Assembly: GCF_003010495.1 (NCBI RefSeq) | Contig: NZ_CP027570.1 | Coordinates: forward strand, 2,310,001-2,342,000 | Direction: 5' to 3' | DNA length: 32,000 nucleotides | Source of the DNA: Megasphaera elsdenii DSM 20460 | GTDB lineage: Bacteria; Bacillota; Negativicutes; Veillonellales; Megasphaeraceae | Part shown: piece after piece, positions 23,026 to 32,000 of the stretch | How positions within the stretch are numbered: position 1 is the stretch's first letter | Layout of the letters: each line of letters begins with the position of its first letter | The notes under the pieces: generated by a model | What the model saw: the letters and a program-made list of their open reading frames with translations, nothing else | What the model was told of the DNA's origin: nothing | Database searches by the model: none | Program-made: the position numbers and the translations under genes

Positions 23026-23478
23026 TCAATGAGCCGTTTCGGCAGCAGGCAGTTCGCTAGTGCAGTGCGGGCAGCGGGTTGCATCGTCCGCGATGGGCTG
23101 GCGGCAGAACGGGCAGAGCCGCGGTTCTGGAGCCGGTTCCGGTTTGGGCAGGAAGCGGTTCAGCTGTTTGAGGACCATGAAGATGGCAAAGGCGATAATC
23201 AGGAACTCAATGACCGTGTTGAGAAAGGAACCGTACGCAATGACAGGGATCCCGGTGGCTTTCGCTTCGGCCAGGGAATCGACGTGTTCTGTGCTCAAAG
23301 GGATGAAGAAGTCCGAAAAATCAATCCCGCCGAGGAGGACCCCAAATGGGGGCATAATAATGTTGTTGACCAGTGACGTGACGATTTTCCCAAAAGCTCC
23401 GCCGACGACGACACCGACTGCCATGTCCAGCACGTTCCCACGCATGGCAAATTCTTTGAATTCCTTGATGATGCCCAT
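23026..23478 (-). CDS. mscL: large-conductance mechanosensitive channel MscL with a C-terminal CxxC-N9-CxxC tail
   Basis: [33 protein letters not shown] is the MscL signature. ATG at 23478 with AGGAG 8 nt upstream. The tail is [22 protein letters not shown]. Confidence 0.9.
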   Translation of the reverse strand: MGIIKEFKEFAMRGNVLDMAVGVVVGGAFGKIVTSLVNNIIMPPFGVLLGGIDFSDFFIPLSTEHVDSLAEAKATGIPVIAYGSFLNTVIEFLIIAFAIFMVLKQLNRFLPKPEPAPEPRLCPFCRQPIADDATRCPHCTSELPAAETAH

Positions 23479-23516
23479 GTTTTCCACTCCTATCTGTGGT
23501 GTAAAAAATAAATTAT

Positions 23517-23566
23517 AAAAAAATAGGGACTCGCATGATGGCAGAAACCGTCGTGCGAGTCCCTAT
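23517..23566 (-). terminator. terminator between the methyltransferase gene and mscL
   Basis: Perfect 13-bp stem atagggactcgca / tgcgagtccctat (23523-35, 23554-66) with an 18-nt loop, followed on the minus strand by TTTTTTT. A TATAAT lies just downstream, before mscL. Confidence 0.5.
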
Positions 23567-23623
23567 TCATCATAGCGGAAAAAGGGCAAGCTGACAATGA
23601 TTTTTTATTTTTGTTATATTTAT

Positions 23624-24229
23624 TTAATAAAGCGACAGGAGCTGCGGCAACAGGCCTGATTCCTGTATGGCTTCGATACATTCCAGGATGCCGACGGCCA
23701 GGACGAACCAGAGGACGTCGCCGGCAGCGTGGCGGAAAACTTTCGGTTTGACTGTATATTCCTTAGGTTCATGGTAGAGCGACCATTTCGGGAAAAACCG
23801 AGGCACTTCCCGGATGTAGGCGCTGTACGGTTCCCCGAAGAGGCGGTGCAGCCGGGCTTCTTCCGTATGGATGACCGGGATGTACATGACGGCGAAGAGG
23901 AGGACCAGCAGCACCGTCAGGGTCAGCGATTCCGTGCACAGACCGACGCCGATGCCGCCGAGGAAGCTGAAGAAATACAACGGATTCCGGCAGACCGAGT
24001 ACGGCCCTTCGCGGACCAGGACGTCATTCTTATAGCCGGCAATATACTGGGCGCACCACATGCGGCCTGCCATGGCGGCGCCGACGCAGAGACAGCCCAC
24101 GAGGAATAAGATGCCCGAGATATACGGGGCCGTGACATCCAATTCCTTTTGCGAGAACATGAATAAAAATAAAAACAGAAGCCCAATGACTTGGGAAATA
24201 CGGGTGCGGTAATGGTCCAGGAAATACAT
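23624..24229 (-). CDS. ICMT/PEMT-superfamily membrane methyltransferase-like protein
   Basis: 202 aa from ATG 24229 (AGGAGG upstream). Multi-span. LVREGPYSVCRNPLYFFSFLGGIGVGL...EEARLHRLFGEPYSAYIREVPRF matches the isoprenylcysteine carboxyl methyltransferase-like C-terminal motif. Confidence 0.6.
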   Translation of the reverse strand: MYFLDHYRTRISQVIGLLFLFLFMFSQKELDVTAPYISGILFLVGCLCVGAAMAGRMWCAQYIAGYKNDVLVREGPYSVCRNPLYFFSFLGGIGVGLCTESLTLTVLLVLLFAVMYIPVIHTEEARLHRLFGEPYSAYIREVPRFFPKWSLYHEPKEYTVKPKVFRHAAGDVLWFVLAVGILECIEAIQESGLLPQLLSLY

Positions 24230-24407
24230 GGTGACTCCTCCTCTTGTCCTAATTGATAAGGCCAGTATAACGGTCATTTCTAACGAAAGATTAGGCAAAA
24301 GTTAAAGGAATCATAAAGATTTGTGAACAGACTGCGTATTCTTTGTAACAACTTTTATGATACAATAAAAGAAACGTCATTCGTCCATTTTTAAGGAGGC
24401 ATCTGCC

Positions 24408-25145
24408 ATGTTCAAAAAATTACTCATATTTACCCTCAGCGCCCTGCTCTGCTGCGGCGCGGCTGTCGCGGCCGACACGACGACCATGACCGACAAGGCC
24501 CGCCAGGCTGAAACACAGTCCCTGCCGTCGACGATCAAACATCTCGACCTGGTCCTGGTCCTCGATAAGAGCGGCTCCATGTATGGCCTGGAAAGCGATA
24601 CTATCGGCGGCTACAACGCCATGATTGCCAAAGAAAAAGACCTCGACGTCGATACCAAGGTCACAACGGTCCTGTTCAACAATAAAGTCGATATCCTGAC
24701 GGACCGCAGCAACATCAACAGCCTGTCGGACATGACGACCAAGGATTACCGCGTCGGCGGCTCGACGGCGCTCCTCGATGCCGTAGGCAACACGATTGCC
24801 AAGATATCAGACACGCCGGGCATTTCCGACAAGGACCACAAGGTCATCTTCGTCATCATCACGGATGGCTTGGAAAACGCCAGTACGGAATACTCTAAGG
24901 CGACGATCCAGAAAATGATTTCCGATAAAAAAGCCCAGGGCTGGGACTTCATTTTCCTCGGCGCCAATATCGACGCCGCTTCGGAAGCCCAGAACCTGGG
25001 TATCGATGCCGACCATGCCGTCAAGTATCGCAATACTTCGACGGGCGTCCAGAAGAACTTCGCCGCCATTGCCGCCTACACGCGCAGTGCCGTTCAGCAG
25101 CAAGACGACGACTCCTGGAAAGATAACATCGAAAAAGATAAGTAA
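24408..25145 (+). CDS. secreted von Willebrand factor A (vWA) domain protein
   Basis: Signal peptide MFKKLLIFTLSALLCCGAAVAA. MIDAS-type DLVLVLDKSGSM ... GGSTAL ... IITDGLEN. AAGGAGG SD. Confidence 0.8.
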   Translation: MFKKLLIFTLSALLCCGAAVAADTTTMTDKARQAETQSLPSTIKHLDLVLVLDKSGSMYGLESDTIGGYNAMIAKEKDLDVDTKVTTVLFNNKVDILTDRSNINSLSDMTTKDYRVGGSTALLDAVGNTIAKISDTPGISDKDHKVIFVIITDGLENASTEYSKATIQKMISDKKAQGWDFIFLGANIDAASEAQNLGIDADHAVKYRNTSTGVQKNFAAIAAYTRSAVQQQDDDSWKDNIEKDK

Positions 25146-25148
25146 GGC

Positions 25149-26534
25149 TTATTTCAAACCTGCCAATTTAGCCGGATCCATGGCTTTGTCGAACTGCTCT
25201 GCCGTGACCCACCCCGTCTTCAGGGCTGACTCTTTCAGGGTCAGCCCTTCTTTGGCTGCCTGTTTGGCAATGGTGCAGGCCTTGTCATAACCGACGAGAG
25301 GCACCAGGCCCGTGACCAGGATCAGCGAGTTGTAGAGGTTAGTCGTGATCCGTTCCTGATTCGGTTCGATGCCGACGACGCAGTGCTTGCGGAAGGAATC
25401 CATGCAGTCCGTCAGAAGGCGGATGGACTGGGTCAGGTTGTAGGCGATGACGGGCATGAAGACGTTCAATTCGAAATTGCCCTGGCTGGCGGCGATGCCC
25501 AAGGTGGCATCGTTGCCCATGACCTGGACGGCGACCATGGTGACGGCTTCGCACTGCGTCGGGTTGACTTTGCTCGGCATGATGGAGCTGCCCGGTTCGT
25601 TTTCAGGGATGCGGATTTCGCCGATGCCGCAACGCGGTCCCGACGAGAGCCAGCGGACGTCGTTGGCGATTTTCATCAGGTCGCAGGCCAGGGCCTTGAG
25701 CATGCCGTGGACGACGACGAGTTCATCTTTACTGGTCAGGGACTGGAATTTATTCGGTGCCGTGCGGAACGTCGTGCCCGTCAGTTCACTGACGATTTCT
25801 GCAAAGCGGACGTCGTAGCCCTTCGGGCAGTTGATGCCCGTGCCGACAGCCGTGCCGCCCATAGCCAGGTCGCGCAGAAAATCGACGCCCTGCGTGAGCA
25901 TTTCCTTGTCGCGCTGAATCATGCGGGCCCAGCCGCTGAATTCCTGGCCCAGCGTCAAGGGCGTCGCGTCCTGCAAGTGGGTCCGGCCGATTTTGACGAT
26001 GTCCTTGAAGGCTTCCTGTTTGGCCCGGAGTGCCTGGTAGAGGGCTTCCATGGCAGGGAACAGTTTCTGTTCGATGAGCAGGACGCCGACCATATGCAGG
26101 CCTGTCGGGAAGGTATCGTTCGAGCTCTGGGAATGATTGACGTGGTCATTGGGATGGACATTCAAGTCCTTGCCCTGGGCTTTTAAGATTTGTTTGGCCC
26201 GGTTGGCGACGACTTCGTTGACGTTCATGTTGAACTGCGTGCCGCTGCCGGTCATCCATACGGCCAGGGGGAAATTGCCATCGAGTTTGCCGGCCAGAAT
26301 GTCATCGCAGGCCTGGATAATGGCATCGGCCCGGTCGCCGTCGACGACGCCCAATTCTTTGTTGGTCAAAGCAGCAGCTTTTTTCAGGTAAGCAAAGACG
26401 GTGACCATTTCGGCGGGAATCTTTTCCGTGCCAATCTTAAAATTCTCGAAACTGCGCTGTGTCTGGGCGCCCCAGAGTTTATCAGCTGGGACTTTGATTT
26501 CCCCCATCGAATCTCTTTCTATACGGTATTCCAT
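25149..26534 (-). CDS. fumC: class II fumarate hydratase
   Basis: MEYRIERDSMGEIKVPADKLWGAQTQRS, GSSIMPSKVNPTQCEA (the fumarate lyase signature GSxxMxxKxN). ATG at 26534 with GGGAGG upstream. Confidence 0.95.
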   Translation of the reverse strand: MEYRIERDSMGEIKVPADKLWGAQTQRSFENFKIGTEKIPAEMVTVFAYLKKAAALTNKELGVVDGDRADAIIQACDDILAGKLDGNFPLAVWMTGSGTQFNMNVNEVVANRAKQILKAQGKDLNVHPNDHVNHSQSSNDTFPTGLHMVGVLLIEQKLFPAMEALYQALRAKQEAFKDIVKIGRTHLQDATPLTLGQEFSGWARMIQRDKEMLTQGVDFLRDLAMGGTAVGTGINCPKGYDVRFAEIVSELTGTTFRTAPNKFQSLTSKDELVVVHGMLKALACDLMKIANDVRWLSSGPRCGIGEIRIPENEPGSSIMPSKVNPTQCEAVTMVAVQVMGNDATLGIAASQGNFELNVFMPVIAYNLTQSIRLLTDCMDSFRKHCVVGIEPNQERITTNLYNSLILVTGLVPLVGYDKACTIAKQAAKEGLTLKESALKTGWVTAEQFDKAMDPAKLAGLK

Positions 26535-26602
26535 GAAAACCTCCCATATAATCAAATTATATAAAACATAGCGGATTCAGGCGGGCGCCCTTTGGGTCGC
26601 CC

Positions 26603-28159
26603 TTACGTTATCCCCATGGGATTGGGCTGGAAGATGCGGCTGTCCATGAGTCGCAGGTCGTCGGCGATGAGCGGGCGAAATTCCATCTGGCCCAGGATGT
26701 CCCGTTCCAGGTCCATGCCCGGGGCGATTTCCGTCAGCATCAGGCCCTGCTGTGTCAGGCGGAAGACGGCCCGTTCAGTGACGACCAGGACGTGCTGGTC
26801 ATGACTGGCCGCATAAGAGCCGGAAAAAGTGACCTGTTCGATGTCCGTCTTGAACTTCTGGTATTTCCCTTCATGGTCGATGACCAGGCGCCCGTCTTCG
26901 CAGTGTTCCCGCAGGCCGCCGGCCGTAAAGGTCCCCATGAGGATGAGTTTCTTCGTAGGCTGGGCCAGATCGATGAAGCCTCCTGGTCCGGTGACGCGGC
27001 CGTGGAATTTCGAGACATTGACATTGCCCATGGCGTCGATTTCCGCCAGGCCCAGGGCGCAGAGGTCGAGGCCGCCGCCGTGGCAGATGTCGAACATGTC
27101 GGCCATCTTCAGCTCGGCTTCGGCATTGACAGCCGCTCCCATATCGAGGCCCGACAAGGGGATGCCACCGATGATGCCCGAATCGGCAGCCAGGGTCAAG
27201 CTCGGCCCGAAGCCTTCTTCGGCGGCGACAGAACCGATGATTTCCGGGATACCGATTCCCAGGTTCATGACATCGCCCTTCTTCAGTTCCATGGCGGCCC
27301 GGCGGGCACAGATCTTGCGGTTGTCCAGGGGATGGGGCGGCAGGGACTGGATGGACTTGCGCCCTTCGCCGCTCAGTTCCGGCCGGTAGCCATGGGTCGA
27401 AAAGCTCTGGACGTGATACTTCGGCCGCGGTACGACGACGTAGTCGACGAGGAAATGGTGAATCTTCACGAGGCGCGAATCGAGGCTTCCCCGGGGCACG
27501 ACGTCTTCGACCTGGACGACGACGATGCCGCCGGAATTATGCGTCGCTTCGGCCACTTCCAGCTGTTCACCGATCATGGCTTCGCGCTGGAGGGAAATGT
27601 TGCCGTCTTCATCGGCCAGGGAGCCGCGGATGAAGCAGACCTGGATGGGAAAGGCCGGATAATACAGGTATTCGCTGCCATCGATTTCCATCAAGCGGAC
27701 GATGTCTTTCCCTTCGCGGACGGTCTTTTCATTGGCCTTGCTGCCGTCCCGGCGCGGGTCGGCCAGGGTATGCAGGCCGATGTCGGTCCAGACGCCCTTA
27801 CGGCCGGCGGCAATAGCCCGGTACAGTTCCAGGAGCGTCCCAGCCGGGACCGTATAGGCCAGGCACTGGTCAGCTGCGACCTTATCGGATAATTTCTTTT
27901 CCATGCCAAAATGACTGGTAATGATTGTCCCAATGAGGCCGTCTGCAGCCAGTCGGTCACCGCCGCGCTGGCCGCCGTCGCCAGTACCGGCAATCTTGAC
28001 CAAGGTCACGTTGCGGGGATGCCCTTCGTCGGCATAGCGGTCGTGGAGAGCCTTGAATAAACCATCAGGCGTACCGAAGCCGGCATGACCGCTGACAGCC
28101 AGGGTCATATCATCGCCGACGAGACGCGCCGCTTCGGCCGGCGTAATAAACTGTGTCAT
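26603..28159 (-). CDS. acyl-CoA:carboxylate CoA-transferase of the propionate CoA-transferase (Pct) type
   Basis: 518 aa. From my recollection of those sequences, it is collinear with Clostridium propionicum / Megasphaera Pct: ..YLYYPAFPIQVCFIRGSLADEDGNISL, NSGGIVVVQVEDVV, DYVVV, GLDLCALGLAEIDAMGNVNVSKF, FTAGGL. Confidence 0.8.
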   Translation of the reverse strand: MTQFITPAEAARLVGDDMTLAVSGHAGFGTPDGLFKALHDRYADEGHPRNVTLVKIAGTGDGGQRGGDRLAADGLIGTIITSHFGMEKKLSDKVAADQCLAYTVPAGTLLELYRAIAAGRKGVWTDIGLHTLADPRRDGSKANEKTVREGKDIVRLMEIDGSEYLYYPAFPIQVCFIRGSLADEDGNISLQREAMIGEQLEVAEATHNSGGIVVVQVEDVVPRGSLDSRLVKIHHFLVDYVVVPRPKYHVQSFSTHGYRPELSGEGRKSIQSLPPHPLDNRKICARRAAMELKKGDVMNLGIGIPEIIGSVAAEEGFGPSLTLAADSGIIGGIPLSGLDMGAAVNAEAELKMADMFDICHGGGLDLCALGLAEIDAMGNVNVSKFHGRVTGPGGFIDLAQPTKKLILMGTFTAGGLREHCEDGRLVIDHEGKYQKFKTDIEQVTFSGSYAASHDQHVLVVTERAVFRLTQQGLMLTEIAPGMDLERDILGQMEFRPLIADDLRLMDSRIFQPNPMGIT

Positions 28160-28184
28160 AACGACCTTCCTTTCGTGTGGTAGT

Positions 28185-28213
28185 AAAAAAGGCTGTCTGC
28201 GACAGCCTTTTTT
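28185..28213. terminator. bidirectional intrinsic terminator after purD
   Basis: aaaaaa-ggctgtc-tgc-gacagcc-tttttt. Sits between the purD stop (28235) and the CoA-transferase start (28159). Confidence 0.65.
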
Positions 28214-28234
28214 GAGTTTGATGTTGGAATCACG

Positions 28235-29509
28235 CTATTTCAAGTGTTTCAATCCTTTGGCGCCGATGTCGCTGCGGACCTGCTGGCCGTCGAAGTGGAT
28301 GCGTTTGACGTTATCATAAGCCTTTTCGATAGCACTCTTGAGGTCCGGAGCTACTGCCGTGACGCCGAGGACGCGGCCGCCGTTGGTGACGTACTGGTCG
28401 TCTTTCTTGGCCGTGCCGGAATGGAAGACCATGACGTCTTCTTTATCGACAGCGTCGAGGCCGCTGATGACATCGCCCTTATGGGACGAAGCGGGATAGC
28501 CGGCAGAAGCCATGATGACGCAGCAGGCAGCAGCGTCTTTCCAATGGACCATGTCAGCCGTCAGCGTGCCTTTGGCGCAGGCGTACATGATCTGTGCCAG
28601 GTCGCCGTCGAGGAGCGGCAAAACAGCCTGCGTTTCAGGGTCGCCGAAGCGGCAGTTGAATTCGACGACTTTCGGGCCGTCCGCCGTAATCATGAGGCCG
28701 GCGTAAAGGCAGCCCTGATAGGTAATGCCTTCCTGCTTCAGGCCGTCGACGACGGGTTTCAAGATCTTTTCTTCGACTTCCTTGCGGATTTCCGGCGTAA
28801 CGACCGGTGCCGGAGCATACGCTCCCATGCCGCCCGTGTTGGGGCCTTCGTCGTTATCGAAGATACGCTTGTGGTCCTGAGCAGAAATCATGGGCACGAT
28901 GGTCTTGCCGTCGACGAAAGCCAGGAGGCTCGCTTCTTCACCGACCATGCATTCTTCGATGACGATGCGGCCGCCGGAAGCGCCGAAGATATGGTCTTCC
29001 ATCATGGCATTGACCGCTTCGATGGCTTCTGCTTCCGTCTGGGCGACGACGACGCCTTTGCCGGCAGCCAGGCCGTCGGCTTTGACGACGATGGGTGCGC
29101 CCTGTTCTTTAATATAGGCCTTGGCGGCATCGCCATCGGTAAAGGAAGCGTAGGCTGCCGTCGGGACATGGTATTTCTTCATGAGGTTCTTGGCGAAGAC
29201 CTTCGACCCTTCCATCTGAGCAGCAGCCTTGTTGGGGCCAAAGACAGCCAGACCCTTGGACTGAGCCAGGTCGGCAAGGCCTTCGGTCAAGGGGACTTCC
29301 GGGCCGACGACGAGCATGTCGATGCCTTCTTTTTGGGCATAGTCCGTGATGGCGTCCAGGTCGGACAAGGCGATGTCGACGCACTGGGCGACTTCACTCA
29401 TAGCGGCACTGCCAGGGATGGCGTAGAGTTTATCGACACTCGGGCTCTGGGCCAGTTTCCAGGCTAAAGTATGTTCGCGGCCGCCGCCGCCGATGACTGC
29501 TACCTTCAT
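28235..29509 (-). CDS. purD: phosphoribosylamine-glycine ligase
   Basis: [19 protein letters not shown]..., ATP-grasp core, 424 aa. Confidence 0.95.
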   Translation of the reverse strand: MKVAVIGGGGREHTLAWKLAQSPSVDKLYAIPGSAAMSEVAQCVDIALSDLDAITDYAQKEGIDMLVVGPEVPLTEGLADLAQSKGLAVFGPNKAAAQMEGSKVFAKNLMKKYHVPTAAYASFTDGDAAKAYIKEQGAPIVVKADGLAAGKGVVVAQTEAEAIEAVNAMMEDHIFGASGGRIVIEECMVGEEASLLAFVDGKTIVPMISAQDHKRIFDNDEGPNTGGMGAYAPAPVVTPEIRKEVEEKILKPVVDGLKQEGITYQGCLYAGLMITADGPKVVEFNCRFGDPETQAVLPLLDGDLAQIMYACAKGTLTADMVHWKDAAACCVIMASAGYPASSHKGDVISGLDAVDKEDVMVFHSGTAKKDDQYVTNGGRVLGVTAVAPDLKSAIEKAYDNVKRIHFDGQQVRSDIGAKGLKHLK

Positions 29510-30114
29510 TATTTTGCAGCCCCCTTCTGAACCTGTTCCGCTAAGTATGCGGCAATGGCCGTATCATAGACAGCCGTATGATGGAAAGCTTCCTGAGCCA
29601 GTTCCAGGCGGTACTGGTCGGAAAATTCGCCGTCCTTCTGGAGGATGGAAATGATTTCGCCGTATTTAGCCGGATTGGTGACGATAGCAACGTATTTATT
29701 GTTCTTGGCCGAAGCACGGACCATGCAGGGGCCGCCGATGTCGATGTTTTCAATGGCTTCTGCCAGGGTGACATCCGGTTTGGCAATAGTCTGCTGGAAC
29801 GGATAGAGGTTGACGACGACCAGGTCGATCGGCTTGATGTCGTGTTCTTTCATGGCCTTGACGTGTTCCGGATTGTCGCGGACCGCCAGGATAGCGCCAT
29901 GGATTTTCGGATTCAGCGTCTTGACGCGGCCGTCCATCATTTCCGGGAAACCCGTGACGTCCTGAACGGCGATGACCGGTACGCCTGCTTCTTTCAGAGT
30001 CCGCATGGTGCCGCCGGTGGAGATGATTTCGATGCCGAGGTCTGCCAGGGCTTTGCCCAGTTCGACGACGCCCGTCTTATCAGATACACTAATGAGTGCG
30101 CGTTTTACTTTCAT
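29509..30114 (-). CDS. purH: stand-alone IMP cyclohydrolase (PurH N-terminal MGS-like domain only)
   Basis: 201 aa; [12 protein letters not shown]..., GGT...L...[46 protein letters not shown]. Ends at the domain boundary with TAATG overlap onto purD. Confidence 0.85.
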   Translation of the reverse strand: MKVKRALISVSDKTGVVELGKALADLGIEIISTGGTMRTLKEAGVPVIAVQDVTGFPEMMDGRVKTLNPKIHGAILAVRDNPEHVKAMKEHDIKPIDLVVVNLYPFQQTIAKPDVTLAEAIENIDIGGPCMVRASAKNNKYVAIVTNPAKYGEIISILQKDGEFSDQYRLELAQEAFHHTAVYDTAIAAYLAEQVQKGAAK

Positions 30115-30133
30115 GGAAAATTCCTCCTATTCC

Positions 30134-30748
30134 CTATTCCTGAGTCCCTTTGACGACATTGCCGTCGATAGTCAATTTATCATCGCAAAAGAGTGCTGCC
30201 GCTCTGACGTAGGTCGGATGTTCCTTGGTGAGGATCCGGGCAGCCAGCGTATCTTCCGTATCGTCTTCGTAGACCGGTACGGCCGACTGCAAGATGATCG
30301 GGCCGGCGTCCATGTCGGGTACGACGAAATGGACCGTGCAGCCAGCGATCTTGACGCCGGCTTCGACGGCCTGGCGCTGGGCGTGAAGACCTCGGAACGA
30401 CGGCAACAGGGCCGGATGGATATTGAGCATCTTGTGTTCATAATGGGAAATGAAATCACCGCTCAAGAGGCGCATGAAGCCGGCCAGGCAGATGACGTCG
30501 GCCTGATACGGTTCGATGGCGTCGAGGATGTATTTTTCAAAAGCTTCTTTCGAGTCGAAGGATTTGCGGTCAGCCAGAATGACCGGTACGCCCCATTCCT
30601 TAGCCCGGTCCATGACCGGTGCGCCTGGGATATCGCAGACCAGGGCCTTGATTTCCGCATTGATCTTGCCATCTTCGACGGCATCGTGGAGGGCGATGGC
30701 ATTGGAGCCGCGGCCCGATGCGAAAATGACCATTTTCTTCTTAGTCAT
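30134..30748 (-). CDS. purN: phosphoribosylglycinamide formyltransferase
   Basis: VIFASGRGSN, LAGFMRLLS, NIHPALLPSF.G, VHFVVPDMDAGPII. Confidence 0.95.
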   Translation of the reverse strand: MTKKKMVIFASGRGSNAIALHDAVEDGKINAEIKALVCDIPGAPVMDRAKEWGVPVILADRKSFDSKEAFEKYILDAIEPYQADVICLAGFMRLLSGDFISHYEHKMLNIHPALLPSFRGLHAQRQAVEAGVKIAGCTVHFVVPDMDAGPIILQSAVPVYEDDTEDTLAARILTKEHPTYVRAAALFCDDKLTIDGNVVKGTQE

Positions 30749-31805
30749 GGAATACGCCTCCCCGCAAGGTTACGGGTACGTCGGAATCGACGACTTTGCC
30801 GATGACATAGGCCTTTTCATCGCGGTCTGCCAGATTCTTGAGGACGGCATCTGCGTCTTTTTCATCGACGATCATGATCATGCCGATGCCCATGTTGAAG
30901 GTACGGTACATTTCCTTGGCATCGACGTTGCCCCACTTCTGGAGGAGCCCGAAAATCGGCAGCTGCGGCCACGACGTGACGTCGATGTCGACGCCGACGC
31001 CTTTCGGCAGGACGCGGGGGATGTTTTCATAGAAGCCGCCGCCTGTGATGTGGACCATGCCCTTGACGGTGAAGTTCTTGATAATCGGCAGGCACGGACG
31101 CGGATAGAGACGGGTCGGCGTGAGCAGGCATTCACCGATGGTCATGCCCAGTTCGTCGACGTACTGGTCGAGCTTCATGTTCTGCCGTTCGAGGACGATC
31201 TTGCGGACCAGGGAGAAGCCGTTGGAGTGGACCCCAGTCGAAGGCAGGCCGATGAGGACGTCGCCGGCTTTGATGTTTTCACCGGTAATGACCTTGTCGC
31301 GGTCGACGATGCCGACGCCGAAGCCAGCCAGGTCATAGTCGTCTTTGGCATAGAAACCGGCCATTTCAGCCGTTTCGCCGCCGAGGAGAGCGCAGCCCGA
31401 TTCCTGGCAGGCATTAGCAACGCCTTTGACGATAGTTGCAACCTGTACCGGGTCGAGCTTGCCGACAGCGATGTAGTCCAGGAAAAAGAGCGGTTCTGCG
31501 CCCTGGACGAGGACATCATTGATGGACATAGCGACGCAGTCCTGGCCGACTGTATCGTGCTTGCCCATCATGATGGCCAGGCGCAGCTTGGTGCCGACAC
31601 CGTCGGTGCCGCTGACCAGGATGGGTTTCTTGATGTCGCTGTTCATCAGGGAAAAGAGACCGCCGAAACCGCCCAGGTCGCCGAGGACTTCCGGACGGTA
31701 CGTGGCTTTGACCGAATCTTTCATCAATTCTACGGCTTTGTTGCCAGCATCGATGTCGACACCGGCATCAGCATAAGTCAATCCTTTATTTGTGTTCGAG
31801 AGCAT
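30741..31805 (-). CDS. purM: phosphoribosylformylglycinamidine cyclo-ligase
   Basis: LTYADAGVDIDAGN, GTDGVGTKL, DCVAMSINDVLVQGAEPLFFLDY. ATG at 31805 with AGGAAGGAG upstream. Overlaps purN by 8 nt. Confidence 0.95.
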   Translation of the reverse strand: MLSNTNKGLTYADAGVDIDAGNKAVELMKDSVKATYRPEVLGDLGGFGGLFSLMNSDIKKPILVSGTDGVGTKLRLAIMMGKHDTVGQDCVAMSINDVLVQGAEPLFFLDYIAVGKLDPVQVATIVKGVANACQESGCALLGGETAEMAGFYAKDDYDLAGFGVGIVDRDKVITGENIKAGDVLIGLPSTGVHSNGFSLVRKIVLERQNMKLDQYVDELGMTIGECLLTPTRLYPRPCLPIIKNFTVKGMVHITGGGFYENIPRVLPKGVGVDIDVTSWPQLPIFGLLQKWGNVDAKEMYRTFNMGIGMIMIVDEKDADAVLKNLADRDEKAYVIGKVVDSDVPVTLRGGVFHD

Positions 31806-32000
31806 ATTTTTCTCCTTCCTCATTGGCCTGCGGAGTTTCCGTAGGATAGTCGTTGTTGAAGCAAGCTAAGCACATATCTTCCTTGGGGATATGTTCGACA
31901 GCCCGGTTAAGGCCATCGATGGAAATGAAATGGAGTTTGTCGACGCCGATGTACTTCTGGATCTGTTCGACACTGAACGTCGAAGCGATGAGTTCCTTGC
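31786..32000 (-). CDS. purF: amidophosphoribosyltransferase, 3' end (5' part outside the window)
   Basis: Minus frame is open from the window edge: KELIASTFSVEQIQKYIGVDKLHFISIDGLNRAVEHIPKEDMCLACFNNDYPTE..* (stop 31786-31788). The ..C.ACF.G.YP tail is typical of PurF. Overlaps the purM start. Confidence 0.8.
   Translation of the reverse strand, partial: KELIASTFSVEQIQKYIGVDKLHFISIDGLNRAVEHIPKEDMCLACFNNDYPTETPQANEEGEKYALEHK

Noticed and set aside
29509-30114. Short purH as a truncated pseudogene
   Set aside because: The ORF ends cleanly at the domain boundary with a TAATG overlap onto purD, and no leftover AICARFT-like sequence follows. It is better read as a stable split gene.
26792-31844. 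Long plus-strand ORFs at 26792-27892, 28244-29467, 29578-30153, 29972-30805 and 30516-31844
   Set aside because: All are antisense to strongly conserved housekeeping genes (CoA-transferase, purD, purH domain, purN, purM) and are Asp/Gly/Ala/Arg-rich shadow frames.
1-32000. Prophage, conjugative element, defence system, rRNA/tRNA genes
   Set aside because: I found no capsid, tail, terminase, relaxase, T4SS, restriction, Cas or abortive-infection-like ORFs, and no cloverleaf-like or rRNA-like sequence. The only nuclease-type mobile gene is tnpB.

Overview
The window splits into ordinary chromosome on the right and a mosaic accessory island in the middle and left.

Right part (about 21.6-32 kb), almost all on the minus strand:
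- marR plus a YczE-like membrane gene, then mscL.
- An ICMT-like methyltransferase and a secreted vWA protein.
- Class II fumarase and a Pct-type CoA-transferase.
- The distal part of a purine operon: purF 3' end, purM, purN, a stand-alone IMP cyclohydrolase, purD.

Far left: the 3' end of an FAD oxidoreductase, an aldo/keto reductase, and an AT-rich patch holding an orphan ORF and a decayed SAP-domain gene.

Island (about 2.65-20.83 kb): three regulator-linked redox/detoxification modules.
1. LysR module: two AKRs, a CMD-family protein, a secreted type-B carboxylesterase and a flavodoxin.
2. MarR-headed 8-gene flavoenzyme operon: PNPOx-like, two nitroreductases, an MBL hydrolase, a cupin, an OYE and a tautomerase-NTF2 fusion.
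3. TetR module: a DsbA/FrnE-like protein and a glyoxalase-II-like MBL hydrolase.

Four decayed 3' fragments of one large-serine-recombinase family separate the modules. None has a catalytic domain. Two copies of a ~104-bp junction repeat (R) carry a terminator hairpin and TGCACCCCC iterons. A perfect 26-bp direct repeat brackets module 1 plus its recombinase remnant. A tnpB-only IS200/IS605 element sits between the tetR gene and a perfectly palindromic dual consensus promoter. Relics of a MarR paralogue and of an AKR 3' end mark the right island edge.

I found no rRNA, tRNA or CRISPR array. All family assignments come from reading motifs in the translations; no database search was run.
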